Of a stretch of DNA of 64,000 bases, positions 11,201 to 25,000 are shown piece after piece. Positions within the stretch are counted from its first letter, which is position 1. Every line of letters begins with the position of its first letter. The translations under genes were made by a program, and so were the position numbers. The notes beneath the pieces were generated by a model, which saw nothing but the letters and a program-made list of their open reading frames with translations, was not told the origin of the DNA and did no database searches. Source of the stretch: Gordius albopunctatus (Eukaryota); contig OZ193909.1 in the NCBI GenBank assembly GCA_964276515.1, positions 10,106,001 to 10,170,000 on the forward strand. The letters are read 5' to 3'.

Positions 11201-14200
11201 GTGATAAATTTTTACTTCTTATCATGAAAATCACGTCTGAAAATAACAACTTTCATCGGATGAATATGGTTTAATGGAAACAATTTTAAATATTTTTAGC
11301 TAAAAAAATATTTTTTTGTTATTTTATGTAAAAGAGCTTGAAAAAATATATAAAAGTAAGCTAATTTGAGATTCCTATTAATCTCGATCGACTCCTTATA
11401 AGAAGTTTAAAGCTGCGAGAACTATCATTTTGAGGAAAGACAACGTTATATTGTTGCGATTAGTTTGTTTCATCGCGACGAGAGTGCTGAATTTTTGAAG
11501 CATGCTATATGCGATGATTATTTCAAAGTAATAGTTATCTAATTGTGATAAATTTTTACTTCTTATCATGGAATACACGTCTGAAAATAACAACTTTCAT
11601 CGGATGAATATGGTTTAATGGAAATAATTTTAAATATTTTGAGCTGAAAAATATATTTTTTGTTATTTTGTGTAAAAGAGCTTGAAAAAATATATAAAAG
11701 TATGCTAATTTGAGATTCATATTAATCTCGATCGACTCCTTATAATAAGTTTTAAGCTGCGAGAACTATCATTTTGAGGAAAGACAACGCTTTATTGTTG
11801 CGATTATCATCGCGACGACAGTGCTGAATTTTTGAAACATGCTATATGCGATGATTATTTCAAAGTAATAGTTATCTAATTGTGATAAATTTTTACTTCT
11901 TATCATGAAAATCACGTCTGAAAATAACAACTTTCATCGGATGAATATGGTTTAATGGAAATAATTTTAAATATTTTTAGCAAAAAAAATATTTTTTTTG
12001 TTATTTTATGTAAAAGAGCTTGAAAAAATATATAAAAGTAAGCTAATTTGAGATTCCTATTAATCTCGATCGACTCCTTATAATAAGTTTTAAGCTGCGA
12101 GAACTATCATTTTGAGGAAAGACAACGTTATATTGTTGCGATTATCATCGCGACGAGAGTGCTGAATTTTTGAAACATGCTATATGCGATGATTATTTCA
12201 AAGTAATAGTTATCTAATTGTGATAAATTTTTACTTCTTATCATGAAAATCACGTCTGAAAATAACAACTTTCATCGGATGAATATGGTTTAATGGAAAT
12301 AATTTTAAATATTTTGAGCTGAAAAATATTATTTTTGTTATTTTGTGTAAAAGAGCTTGAAAAAATATATAAAAGTATGCTAATTTGAGATTCCTATTAA
12401 TCTCGATCGACTCCTTATAAGAAGTTTTAAGCTGCGAGAACTATCATTTTGAGGAAAGACAACGTTATATTGTTGCGATTAGTTTGTTTCATCGCGACGA
12501 GAGTGCTGAATTTTTGAAACATGCTATATGCGATGATTATTTCAAAGTAATAGTTATCTAATTGTGATAAATTTTAACTTCTTATCATGAAAATCACGTC
12601 TGAAAATAACAACTTTCATCGGATGAATATGGTTTAATGGAAATAATTTTAAATATTTTGAGCTGAAAAATATATTTTTAGTTATTTTGTGTAAAAGAGC
12701 TTGAAAAAATATATAAAAGTATGCTAATTTGAGATTCCTATTAATCTCGATCGACTCCTTATAAGAAGTTTTAATCTGCGAAAACTATCATTTTGTTGAG
12801 AGATAACGTTATATTGTTGCGATTAGTTTGTTTCATCGCGACGAGAGTGCTGAATTTTTGAAACATGCTATATGTGATGATTATTTCAAAGTAATAGTTA
12901 TCTAATTGTGATAAATTTTTACTTCTTATCATGAAAATCACGTCTGAAAATAACAACTTTCATCGGATGAATATGGTTTAATGGAAACAATTTTAAATAT
13001 TTTTAGCTAAAAAAATATTTTTTTGTTTATTTATGTAAAAGAGCTTGAAAAAATATATAAAAGTAAGCTAATTTGAGATTTCTATTAATCTCGATCGACT
13101 CCTTATAAGAAGTTTAAAGCTGCGAGAACTATCATTTTGAGGAAAGACAACGTTATATTGTTGCGATTATCATCGCGACGATAGTGCTGAATTTTTGAAA
13201 CATGCTATATGCGATGATTATTTCAAAGTAATAGTTATCTAATTGTGATAAATTTTTACTTCTTATCATGAAAATCACGTCTGAAAATAACAACTTTCAT
13301 CGGATGAATATGGTTTAATGGAAATAATTTTAAATATTTTGAGCTGAAAAATATATTTTTTGTTATTTTATGTAAAAGAGCTTGAAAAAATATATAAAAG
13401 TAAGCTAATTTGAGATTCCTATTAATCTCGATCGACTCCTTATAAGAAGTTTAAAGCTGCGAGAACTATCATTTTGAGGAAAGACAACGTTATATTGTTG
13501 CGATTAGTTTGTTTCATCGCGACGAGAGTGCTGAATTTTTGAAGCATGCTATATGCGATGATTATTTCAAAGTAATAGTTATCTAATTGTGATAAATTTT
13601 TACTTCTTATCATGGAATACACGTCTGAAAATAACAACTTTCATCGGATGAATATGGTTTATTGCAAATAATTTTAAATATTTTGAGCTAAAAAACGATA
13701 TTTTTTGTTATTTTATGTAAAAGAGCTTGAAAAAATATGTAAAAGTAAGCTAATTTGAGATTCATATTAATCTCGATCGACTCCTTATAAGAAGTTTTAA
13801 TCTGCGAAAACTATCATTTTGAGGAAAGACAACGTTATATTGTTGCGATTAGTTTGTTTCATCGCGAGGAGAGTGCTGAATTTTTGAAACATGCTATATG
13901 TGATGATTATTTCAAAGTAATAGTTATCTAATTGTGATAAATTTTTACTTCTTATCATGAAAATCACGTCTGAAAATAACAACTTTCATCGGATGAATAT
14001 GGTTTAATGGAAACAATTTTTAATATTTTTAGCTAAAAAAATATTTTTTTGTTATTTTATGTAAAAGAGCTTGAAAAAATATATAAAAGTAAGCTAATTT
14101 GAGATTCCTATTAATCTCGATCGACTCCTTATAAGAAGTTTAAAGCTGCGAGAACTATCATTTTGAGGAAAGACAACGTTATATTGTTGCGATTAGTTTG

Positions 14201-16062
14201 TTTCATCGCGACGAGAGTGCTGAATTTTTGAAGCATGCTATATGCGATGATTATTTCAAAGTAATAGTTATCTAATTGTGATAAATTTTTACTTCTTATC
14301 ATGGAATACACGTCTGAAAATAACAACTTTCATCGGATGAATATGGTTTATTGCAAATAATTTTAAATATTTTGACCTAAAAAACGATATTTTTTGTTAT
14401 TTTATGTAAAAGAGCTTGAAAAAATATGTAAAAGTAAGCTAATTTGAGATTCATATTAATCTCGATCGACTCCTTATAAGAAGTTTTAATCTGCGAAAAC
14501 TATCATTTTGAGGAAAGACAACGTTATATTGTTGCGATTAGTTTGTTTCATCGCGACGAGAGTGCTGAATTTTTGAAACATGCTATATGTGATGATTATT
14601 TCAAAGTAATAGTTATCTAATTGTGATAAATTTTTACTTCTTATCATGAAAATCACGTCTGAAAATAACAACTTTCATCGGATGAATATGGTTTAATGGA
14701 AACAATTTTAAATATTTTGAGCTGAAAAATATATTTTTTGTTATTTTATGTAAAAGAGCTTGAAAAAATATATAAAAGTATGCTAATTTGAGATTCATAT
14801 TAATCTCGATCGACTGCTTATAATAAGTTTTAAGCTGCGAGAACTATCATTTTGAGGAAAGACAACGTTATATTGTTGCGATTATCATCGCGACGAGAGT
14901 GCTGAATTTTTGAAACATGCTATATGCGATGATTATTTCAAAGTAATAGTTATCTAATTGTGATAAATTTTTACTTCTTATCATGAAAATCACGTCTGAA
15001 AATAACAACTTTCATCGGATGAATATGGTTTAATGGAAATAATTTTAAATATTTTGAGCTGAAAAATATTATTTTTGTTATTTTGTGTAAAAGAGCTTGA
15101 AAAAATATATAAAAGTATGCTAATTTGAGATTCCTATTAATCTCGATCGACTCCTTATAAGAAGTTTTAAGCTTGCGAGAACTATCATTTTGAGGAAAGA
15201 CAACGTTATATTGTTGCGATTAGTTTGTTTCATCGCGACGAGAGTGCTGAATTTTTGAAACATGCTATATGCGATGATTATTTCAAAGTAATAGTTATCT
15301 AATTGTGATAAATTTTAACTTCTTATCATGAAAATCACGTCTGAAAATAACAACTTTCATCGGATGAATATGGTTTAATGGAAATAATTTTAAATATTTT
15401 GAGCTGAAAAATATATTTTTAGTTATTTTGTGTAAAAGAGCTTGAAAAAATATATAAAAGTATGCTAATTTGAGATTCCTATTAATCTCGATCGACTCCT
15501 TATAAGAAGTTTTAATCTGCGAAAACTATCATTTTGAGGAAAGACAACGTTATATTGTTGCGATTAGTTTGTTTCATCGCGACGAGAGTGCTGAATTTTT
15601 GAAACATGCTATATGTGATGATTATTTCAAAGTAATAGTTATCTAATTGTGATAAATTTTTACTTCTTATCATGAAAATCACGTCTGAAAATAACAACTT
15701 TCATCGGATGAATATGGTTTAATGGAAACAATTTTAAATATTTTTAGCTAAAAAAATATTTTTTTGTTTATTTATGTAAAAGAGCTTGAAAAAATATATA
15801 AAAGTAGGCTAATTTGAGATTCCTATTAATCTCGATCGACTCCTTATAAGAAGTTTAAAGCTGCGAGAACTATCATTTTGAGGAAAGACAACGTTATATT
15901 GTTGCGATTATCATCGCGACGATAGTGCTGAATTTTTGAAACATGCTATATGCGATGATTATTTCAAAGTAATAGTTATCTAATTGTGATAAATTTTTAC
16001 TTCTTATCATGAAAATCACGTCTGAAAATAACAACTTTCATCGGATGAATATGGTTTAATGG

Positions 16063-19000
16063 AAATAATTTTAAATATTTTGAGCTGAAAAATATATTTT
16101 TTGTTATTTTATGTAAAAGAGCTTGAAAAAATATATAAAAGTAAGCTAATTTGAGATTCCTATTAATCTCGATCGACTCCTTATAATAAGTTTTAAGCTG
16201 CGAGAACTATCATTTTGAGGAAAGACAACGTTATATTGTTGCGATTATCATCGCGACGAGAGTGCTGAATTTTTGAAACATGCTATATGCGATGATTATT
16301 TCAAAGTAATAGTTATCTAATTGTGATAAATTTTTACTTCTTATCATGAAAATCACGTCTGAAAATAACAACTTTCATCGGATGAATATGGTTTAATGGA
16401 AATAATTTTAAATATTTTGAGGGGAAAAATATATTTTTTGTTATTTTGTGTAAAAGAGCTTGAAAAAATATATAAAAGTATGCTAATTTGAGATTCATAT
16501 TAATCTCAATCGACTCCTTATAATAAGTTTTAAGCTGCGAGAACTATCATTTTGAGGAAAGACAACGTTATATTGTTGCGATTATCATCGCGACGAGAGT
16601 GCTGAATTTTTGAAACATGCTATATGCGATGATTATTTCAAAGTAATAGTTATCTAATTGTGATAAATTTTTACTTCTTATCATGAAAATCACGTCTGAA
16701 AATAACAACTTTCATCGGATGAATATGGTTTAATGGAAATAATTTTAAATATTTTTAGCTAAAAAAAATATTTTTTTTGTTATTTTATGTAAAAGAGCTT
16801 GAAAAAATATATAAAAGTAAGCTAATTTGAGATTCCTATTAATCTCGATCGACTCCTTATAATAAGTTTTAAGCTGCGAGAACTATCATTTTGAGGAAAG
16901 ACAACGTTATATTGTTGCGATTATCATCGCGACGAGAGTGCTGAATTTTTGAAACATGCTATATACGATGATTATTTCAAAGTAATAGTTATCTAATTGT
17001 GATAAATTTTTACTTCTTATCATGAAAATCACGTCTGAAAATAACAACTTTCATCGGATGAATATGGTTTAATGGAAATAATTTTAAATATTTTGAGGGG
17101 AAAAATATATTTTTTGTTATTTTGTGTAAAAGAGCTTGAAAAAATATATAAAAGTATGCTAATTTGAGATTCATATTAATCTCAATCGACTCCTTATAAT
17201 AAGTTTTAAGCTGCGAGAACTATCATTTTGAGGAAAGACAACGTTATATTGTTGCGATTATCATCGCGACGAGAGTGCTGAATTTTTGAAACATGCTATA
17301 TGCGATGATTATTTCAAAGTAATAGTTATCTAATTGTGATAAATTTTTACTTCTTATCATGAAAATCACGTCTGAAAATAACAACTTTCATCGGATGAAT
17401 ATGGTTTAATGGAAACAATTTTAAATATTTTTAGCTAAAAAAATATTTTTTTTGTTATTTTATGTAAAAGAGCTTGAAAAAATATATAAAAGTAAGCTAA
17501 TTTGAGATTCCTATTAATCTCGATCGACTCCTTATAATAAGTTTTAAGCTGCGAGAACTATCATTTTGAGGAAAGACAACGTTATATTGTTGCGATTATC
17601 ATCGCGACGATAGTGCTGAATTTTTGAAACATGCTATATGCGATGATTATTTCAAAGTAATAGTTATCTAATTGTGATAAATTTTTACTTCTTATCATGA
17701 AAATCACGTCTGAAAATAACAACTTTCATCGGATGAATATGGTTTAATGGAAATAATTTTAAATATTTTGAGCTGAAAAATATATTTTTTGTTATTTTGT
17801 GTAAAAGAGCTTGAAAAAATATATAAAAGTATGCTAATTTGAGATTCCTATTAATCTCGATCGACTCCTTATAATAAGTTTTAAGCTGCGAGAACTATTA
17901 TTTTGAGAAAAGACAATGTTATATTGTTGCGATTAGTTTGTTTCATCGCGACGAGAGTGCTGAATTTTTGAAACATGCTATATGCGATGATTATTTCAAA
18001 GTAATAGTTATCTAATTGTGATAAATTTTTACTTCTTATCATGAAAATCACGTCTGAAAATAACAACTTTCATCGGATGAATATGGTTTAATGGAAATAA
18101 TTTTAAATATTTTGAGCTGAAAAATATATTTTTTGTTATTTTGTGTAAAAGAGCTTGAAAAAATATAAAAAAGTAAGCTAATTTGAGATTCCTATTAATC
18201 TCGATCGACTCCTTATAAGAAGTTTTAAGCTGCGAGAACTATCATTTTGTTGAGAGACAACGTTATATTGCTGCGATTAGTTTGTTTCATCGCGACGAGA
18301 CTGCTGAATTTTTGAAACATGCTATATGCGATGATTATTTCAAAGTAATAGTTATCTAATTGTGATAAATTTTTACTTCTTATCATGAAAATCAGGTTTG
18401 AAAATAACAACTTTCATCGGATGAATATGGTTTAATGGAAATAATTTTAAATATTTTGAGAGAAAAATATATTTTTTGTTATTTTGTGTAAAAGAGCTTG
18501 AAAAAATATATAAAAGTAAGCTAATTTGAGATTCCTATTAATCTCGATCGACTCCTTATAAGAAGTTTTAAGCTGCGAGAACTATCATTTTGAGGAAAGA
18601 CAACGTTATATTGTTGCGATTATCATCGCGACGATAGTGCTGAATTTTTGAAACATGCTATATGCGATGATTATTTCAAAGTAATAGTTATCTAATTGTG
18701 ATAAATTTTTACTTCTTATCATGAAAATCACGTCTGAAAATAACAACTTTCATCGGATGAATATGGTTTAATGGAAATAATTTTAAATATTTTGAGCTGA
18801 AAAATATATTTTTTGTTATTTTGTGTAAAAGAGCTTGAAAAAATATATAAAAGTATGCTAATTTGAGATTCCTATTAATCTCGATCGACTCCTTATAATA
18901 AGTTTTAAGCTGCGAGAACTATTATTTTGAGAAAAGACAACGTTATATTGTTGCGATTAGTTTGTTTCATCGCGACGAGACTGCTGAATTTTTGAAACAT

Positions 19001-22000
19001 GCTATATGCGATGATTATTTCAAAGTAATAGTTATCTAATTGTGATAAATTTTTACTTCTTATCATGAAAATCACGTCTGAAAATAACAACTTTCATCGG
19101 ATGAATATGGTTTAATGGAAACAATTTTAAATATTTTTAGCTAAAAAAATATTTTTTTTGTTATTTTATGTAAAAGAGCTTGAAAAAATATAAAAAAGTA
19201 AGCTAATTTGAGATTCCTATTAATCTCGATCGACTCCTTATAAGAAGTTTTAAGCTGCGAGAACTATCATTTTGTTGAGAGACAACGTTATATTGTTGCG
19301 ATTAGTTTGTTTCATCGCGACGAGACTGCTGAATTTTTGAAACATGCTATATGCGATGATTATTTCAAAGTAATAGTTATCTAATTGTGATAAATTTTTA
19401 CTTCTTATCATGAAAATCACGTCTGAAAATAACAACTTTCATCGGATGAATATGGTTTAATGGAAATAATTTTAAATATTTTGAGCTGAAAAATATATTT
19501 TTTGTTATTTTGTGTAAAAAAGCTTGAAAAAATATATAAAAGTATGCTAATTTGAGATTCATATTAATCTCGATCGACTCCTTATAATAAGTTTTAAGCT
19601 GCGAGAACTATCATTTTGAGGAAAGACAACGCTTTATTGTTGCGATTATCATCGCGACGAGAGTGCTGAATTTTTGAAACATGCTATATGCGATGATTAT
19701 TTCGAAGTAATAGTTATCTAATTGTGATAAATTTTTACTTCTTATCATGAAAATCACGTCTGAAAATAACAACTTTCATCGGATGAATATGGTTTAATGG
19801 AAATAATTTTAAATATTTTTAGCTAAAAAAATATTTTTTTTGTTATTTTATGTAAAAGAGCTTGAAAAAATATATAAAAGTAAGCTAATTTGAGATTCCT
19901 ATTAATCTCGATCGACTCCTTATAATAAGTTTTAAGCTGCGAGAACTATCATTTTGAGGAAAGACAACGTTATATTGTTGCGATTATCATCGCGACGAGA
20001 GTGCTGAATTTTTGAAACATGCTATATGCGATGATTATTTCAAAGTAATAGTTATCTAATTGTGACAAATTTTTATTTCTTATCATGAAAATCACGTCTG
20101 AAAATAACAACTTTCATCGGATGAATATGGTTTAATGGAAATAATTTTAAATATTTTGAGCTGAAAAATATATTTTTTGTTATTTTGTGTAAAAGAGCTT
20201 AAAAAAATATATAAAAGTATGCTAATTTGAGATTCATATTAATCTCGATCGACTCCTTATAAGATGTTTTAATCTGCGAAAACTATCATTTTGAGGAAAG
20301 ACAACGTTATATTGTTGCGATTAATTTGTTTCATCGCGACGAGAGTGCTGAATTTTTGAAACATGCTATATGCGATGATTATTTCAAAGTAATAGTTATC
20401 TAATTGTGATAAATTTTTACTTCTTATCATGAAAATCACGTCTGAAAATAACAACTTTCATCGGATGAATATGGTTTAATGGAAATAATTTTAAATATTT
20501 TGAGAGAAAAATATATTTTTTGTTATTTTGTGTAAAAGAGCTTAAAAAAATATATAAAAGTATGCTAATTTGAGATTCATATTAATCTCGATCGACTCCT
20601 TATAAGATGTTTTAATCTGCGAAAACTATCATTTTGAGGAAAGACAACGTTATATTGTTGCGATTAGTTTGTTTCATCGCGACGAGAGTGCTGAATTTTT
20701 GAAACATGCTATATGCGATGATTATTTCAAAGTAATAGTTATCTAATTGTGATAAATTTTTACTTCTTATCATGAAAATCACGTCATAAAATAACAACTT
20801 TCATCGGATGAATATGGTTTAATGGAAATAATTTTAAATATTTTGAGCTGAAAAATATATTTTTTGTTATTTTGTGTAAAAGAGCTTGAAAAAATATATA
20901 AAAGTATGCTAATTTGAGATTCCTATTAATCTCGATCGACTCCTTATAATAAGTTTTAAGCTGCGAGAACTATTATTTTGAGAAAAGACAACGTTATATT
21001 GTTGCGATTAGTTTGTTTCATCGCGACGAGAGTGCTGAATTTTTGAAACATGCTATATGCGATGATTATTTCAAAGTAATAGTTATCTAATTGTGATAAA
21101 TTTTTACTTCTTATCATGAAAATTACGTCTGAAAATAACAACTTTCATCGGATGAATATGGTTTAATGGAAATAATTTTAAATATTTTGAGCTGAAAAAT
21201 ATATTTTTTGTTATTTTGTGTAAAAGAGCTTGAAAAAATATATAAAAGTATGCTAATTTGAGATTCCTATTAATCTCGATCGACTCCTTATAATAAGTTT
21301 TAAGCTGCGAGAACTATTATTTTGAGAAAAGACAACGTTATATTGTTGCGATTATCATCGCGACGAGAGTGCTGAATTTTTGAAACATGCTATATGCGAT
21401 GATTATTTCAAAGTAATAGTTATCTAATTGTGACAAATTTTTATTTCTTATCATGAAAATCACGTCTGAAAATAACAACTTTCATCGGATGAATATGGTT
21501 TAATGGAAATAATTTTAAATATTTTGAGCTGAAAAATATATTTTTTGTTATTTTGTGTAAAAGAGCTTAAAAAAATATATAAAAGTATGCTAATTTGAGA
21601 TTCATATTAATCTCGATCGACTCCTTATAAGATGTTTTAAGCTGCGAGAACTATCATTTTGAGGAAAGACAACGTTATATTGTTGCGATTAATTTGTTTC
21701 ATCGCGACGAGAGTGCTGAATTTTTGAAACATGCTATATGCGATGATTATTTCAAAGTAATAGTTATCTAATTGTGATAAATTTTTACTTCTTATCATGA
21801 AAATCACGTCTGAAAATAACAACTTTCATCGGATGAATATGGTTTAATGGAAATAATTTTAAATATTTTGAGAGAAAAATATATTTTTTGTTATTTTGTG
21901 TAAAAGAGCTTAAAAAAATATATAAAAGTATGCTAATTTGAGATTCATATTAATCTCGATCGACTCCTTATAAGATGTTTTAATCTGCGAAAACTATCAT

Positions 22001-25000
22001 TTTGAGGAAAGACAACGTTATATTGTTGCGATTAGTTTGTTTCATCGCGACGAGAGTGCTGAATTTTTGAAACATGCTATATGCGATGATTATTTCAAAG
22101 TAATAGTTATCTAATTGTGATAAATTTTTACTTCTTATCATGAAAATCACGTCATAAAATAACAACTTTCATCGGATGAATATGGTTTAATGGAAATAAT
22201 TTTAAATATTTTGAGCTGAAAAATATATTTTTTGTTATTTTGTGTAAAAGAGCTTGAAAAAATATATAAAAGTATGCTAATTTGAGATTCCTATTAATCT
22301 CGATCGACTCCTTATAATAAGTTTTAAGCTGCGAGAACTATTATTTTGAGAAAAGACAACGTTATATTGTTGCGATTAGTTTGTTTCATCGCGACGAGAG
22401 TGCTGAATTTTTGAAACATGCTATATGCGATGATTATTTCAAAGTAATAGTTATCTAATTGTGATAAATTTTTACTTCTTATCATGAAAATTACGTCTGA
22501 AAATAACAACTTTCATCGGATGAATATGGTTTAATGGAAATAATTTTAAATATTTTGAGCTGAAAAATATATTTTTTGTTATTTTGTGTAAAAGAGCTTG
22601 AAAAAATATATAAAAGTATGCTAATTTGAGATTCCTATTAATCTCGATCGACTCCTTATAATAAGTTTTAAGCTGCGAGAACTATTATTTTGAGAAAAGA
22701 CAACGTTATATTGTTGCGATTATCATCGCGACGATAGTGCTGAATTTTTGAAACATGCTATATGCGATGATTATTTCAAAGTAATAGTTATCTAATTGTG
22801 ATAAATTTTTACTTCTTATCATGAAAATCACGTCTGAAAATAACAACTTTCATCGGATGAATATGGTTTAATGGAAATAATTTTAAATATTTTGAGCTGA
22901 AAAATATATTTTTTGTTATTTTGTGTAAAAGAGCTTGAAAAAATATAAAAAAGTAAGCTAATTTGAGATTCCTATTAATCTCGATCGACTCCTTATAAGA
23001 AGTTTTAAGCTGCGAGAACTATCATTTTGTTGAGAGACAACGTTATATTGCTGCGATTAGTTTGTTTCATCGCGACGAGACTGCTGAATTTTTGAAACAT
23101 GCTATATGCGATGATTATTTCAAAGTAATAGTTATCTAATTGTGATAAATTTTTACTTCTTATCATGAAAATCAGGTTTGAAAATAACAACTTTCATCGG
23201 ATGAATATGGTTTAATGGAAATAATTTTAAATATTTTGAGAGAAAAATATATTTTTTGTTATTTTGTGTAAAAGAGATTGAAAAAATATATAAAAGTAAG
23301 CTAATTTGAGATTCCTATTAATCTCGATCGACTCCTTATAAGAAGTTTTAAGCTGCGAGAACTATCATTTTGAGGAAAGACAACGTTATATTGTTGCGAT
23401 TATCATCGCGACGATAGTGCTGAATTTTTGAAACATGCTATATGCGATGATTATTTCAAAGTAATAGTTATCTAATTGTGATAAATTTTTACTTCTTATC
23501 ATGAAAATCACGTCTGAAAATAACAACTTTCATCGGATGAATATGGTTTAATGGAAATAATTTTAAATATTTTGAGCTGAAAAATATATTTTTTGTTATT
23601 TTGTGTAAAAGAGCTTGAAAAAATATATAAAAGTATGCTAATTTGAGATTCCTATTAATCTCGATCGACTCCTTATAATAAGTTTTAAGCTGCGAGAACT
23701 ATTATTTTGAGAAAAGACAACGTTATATTGTTGCGATTAGTTTGTTTCATCGCGACGAGACTGCTGAATTTTTGAAACATGCTATATGCGATGATTATTT
23801 CAAAGTAATAGTTATCTAATTGTGATAAATTTTTACTTCTTATCATGAAAATCACGTCTGAAAATAACAACTTTCATCGGATGAATATGGTTTAATGGAA
23901 ACAATTTTAAATATTTTTAGCTAAAAAAATATTTTTTTTGTTATTTTATGTAAAAGAGCTTGAAAAAATATAAAAAAGTAAGCTAATTTGAGATTCCTAT
24001 TAATCTCGATCGACTCCTTATAAGAAGTTTTAAGCTGCGAGAACTATCATTTTGTTGAGAGACAACGTTATATTGTTGCGATTAGTTTGTTTCATCGCGA
24101 CGAGACTGCTGAATTTTTGAAACATGCTATATGCGATGATTATTTCAAAGTAATAGTTATCTAATTGTGATAAATTTTTACTTCTTATCATGAAAATCAC
24201 GTCTGAAAATAACAACTTTCATCGGATGAATATGGTTTAATGGAAATAATTTTAAATATTTTGAGCTGAAAAATATATTTTTTGTTATTTTGTGTAAAAA
24301 AGCTTGAAAAAATATATAAAAGTATGCTAATTTGAGATTCATATTAATCTCGATCGACTCCTTATAATAAGTTTTAAGCTGCGAGAACTATCATTTTGAG
24401 GAAAGACAACGCTTTATTGTTGCGATTATCATCGCGACGAGAGTGCTGAATTTTTGAAACATGCTATATGCGATGATTATTTCGAAGTAATAGTTATCTA
24501 ATTGTGATAAATTTTTACTTCTTATCATGAAAATCACGTCTGAAAATAACAACTTTCATCGGATGAATATGGTTTAATTTATAATAATTTTAAATATTTT
24601 TAGCTAAAAAAATATTTTTTTTGTTATTTTATGTAAAAGAGCTTGAAAAAATATATAAAAGTAAGCTAATTTGAGATTCCTATTAATCTCGATCGACTCC
24701 TTATAATAAGTTTTAAGCTGCGAGAACTATCATTTTGAGGAAAGACAACGTTATATTGTTGCGATTATCATCGCGACGAGAGTGCTGAATTTTTGAAACA
24801 TGCTATATGCGATGATTATTTCAAAGTAATAGTTATCTAATTGTGACAAATTTTTATTTCTTATCATGAAAATCACGTCTGAAAATAACAACTTTCATCG
24901 GATGAATATGGTTTAATGGAAATAATTTTAAATATTTTGAGCTGAAAAATATATTTTTTGTTATTTTGTGTAAAAGAGCTTAAAAAAATATATAAAAGTA

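Larger units (their letters stand above)
1..16062. repeat. Subfamily domain I
   Basis: Variants seen only here: TATGTGATG, GTTTAAAGCTG, TTATTGCAAAT, CTAAAAAACGAT, GAAGCATGC, TTTTAACTTC and TTTTTAGTT. The 65-aa and 'IIITY' ORF forms occur only below ~15.7 kb. Confidence 0.88.

Noticed and set aside
15170..15176. Isolated 1-bp insertions and homopolymer length changes (AAGCTTGCG here, GGTTTAAATGG at ~10245)
   Set aside because: These are singletons that cannot be told apart from sequencing or consensus error.
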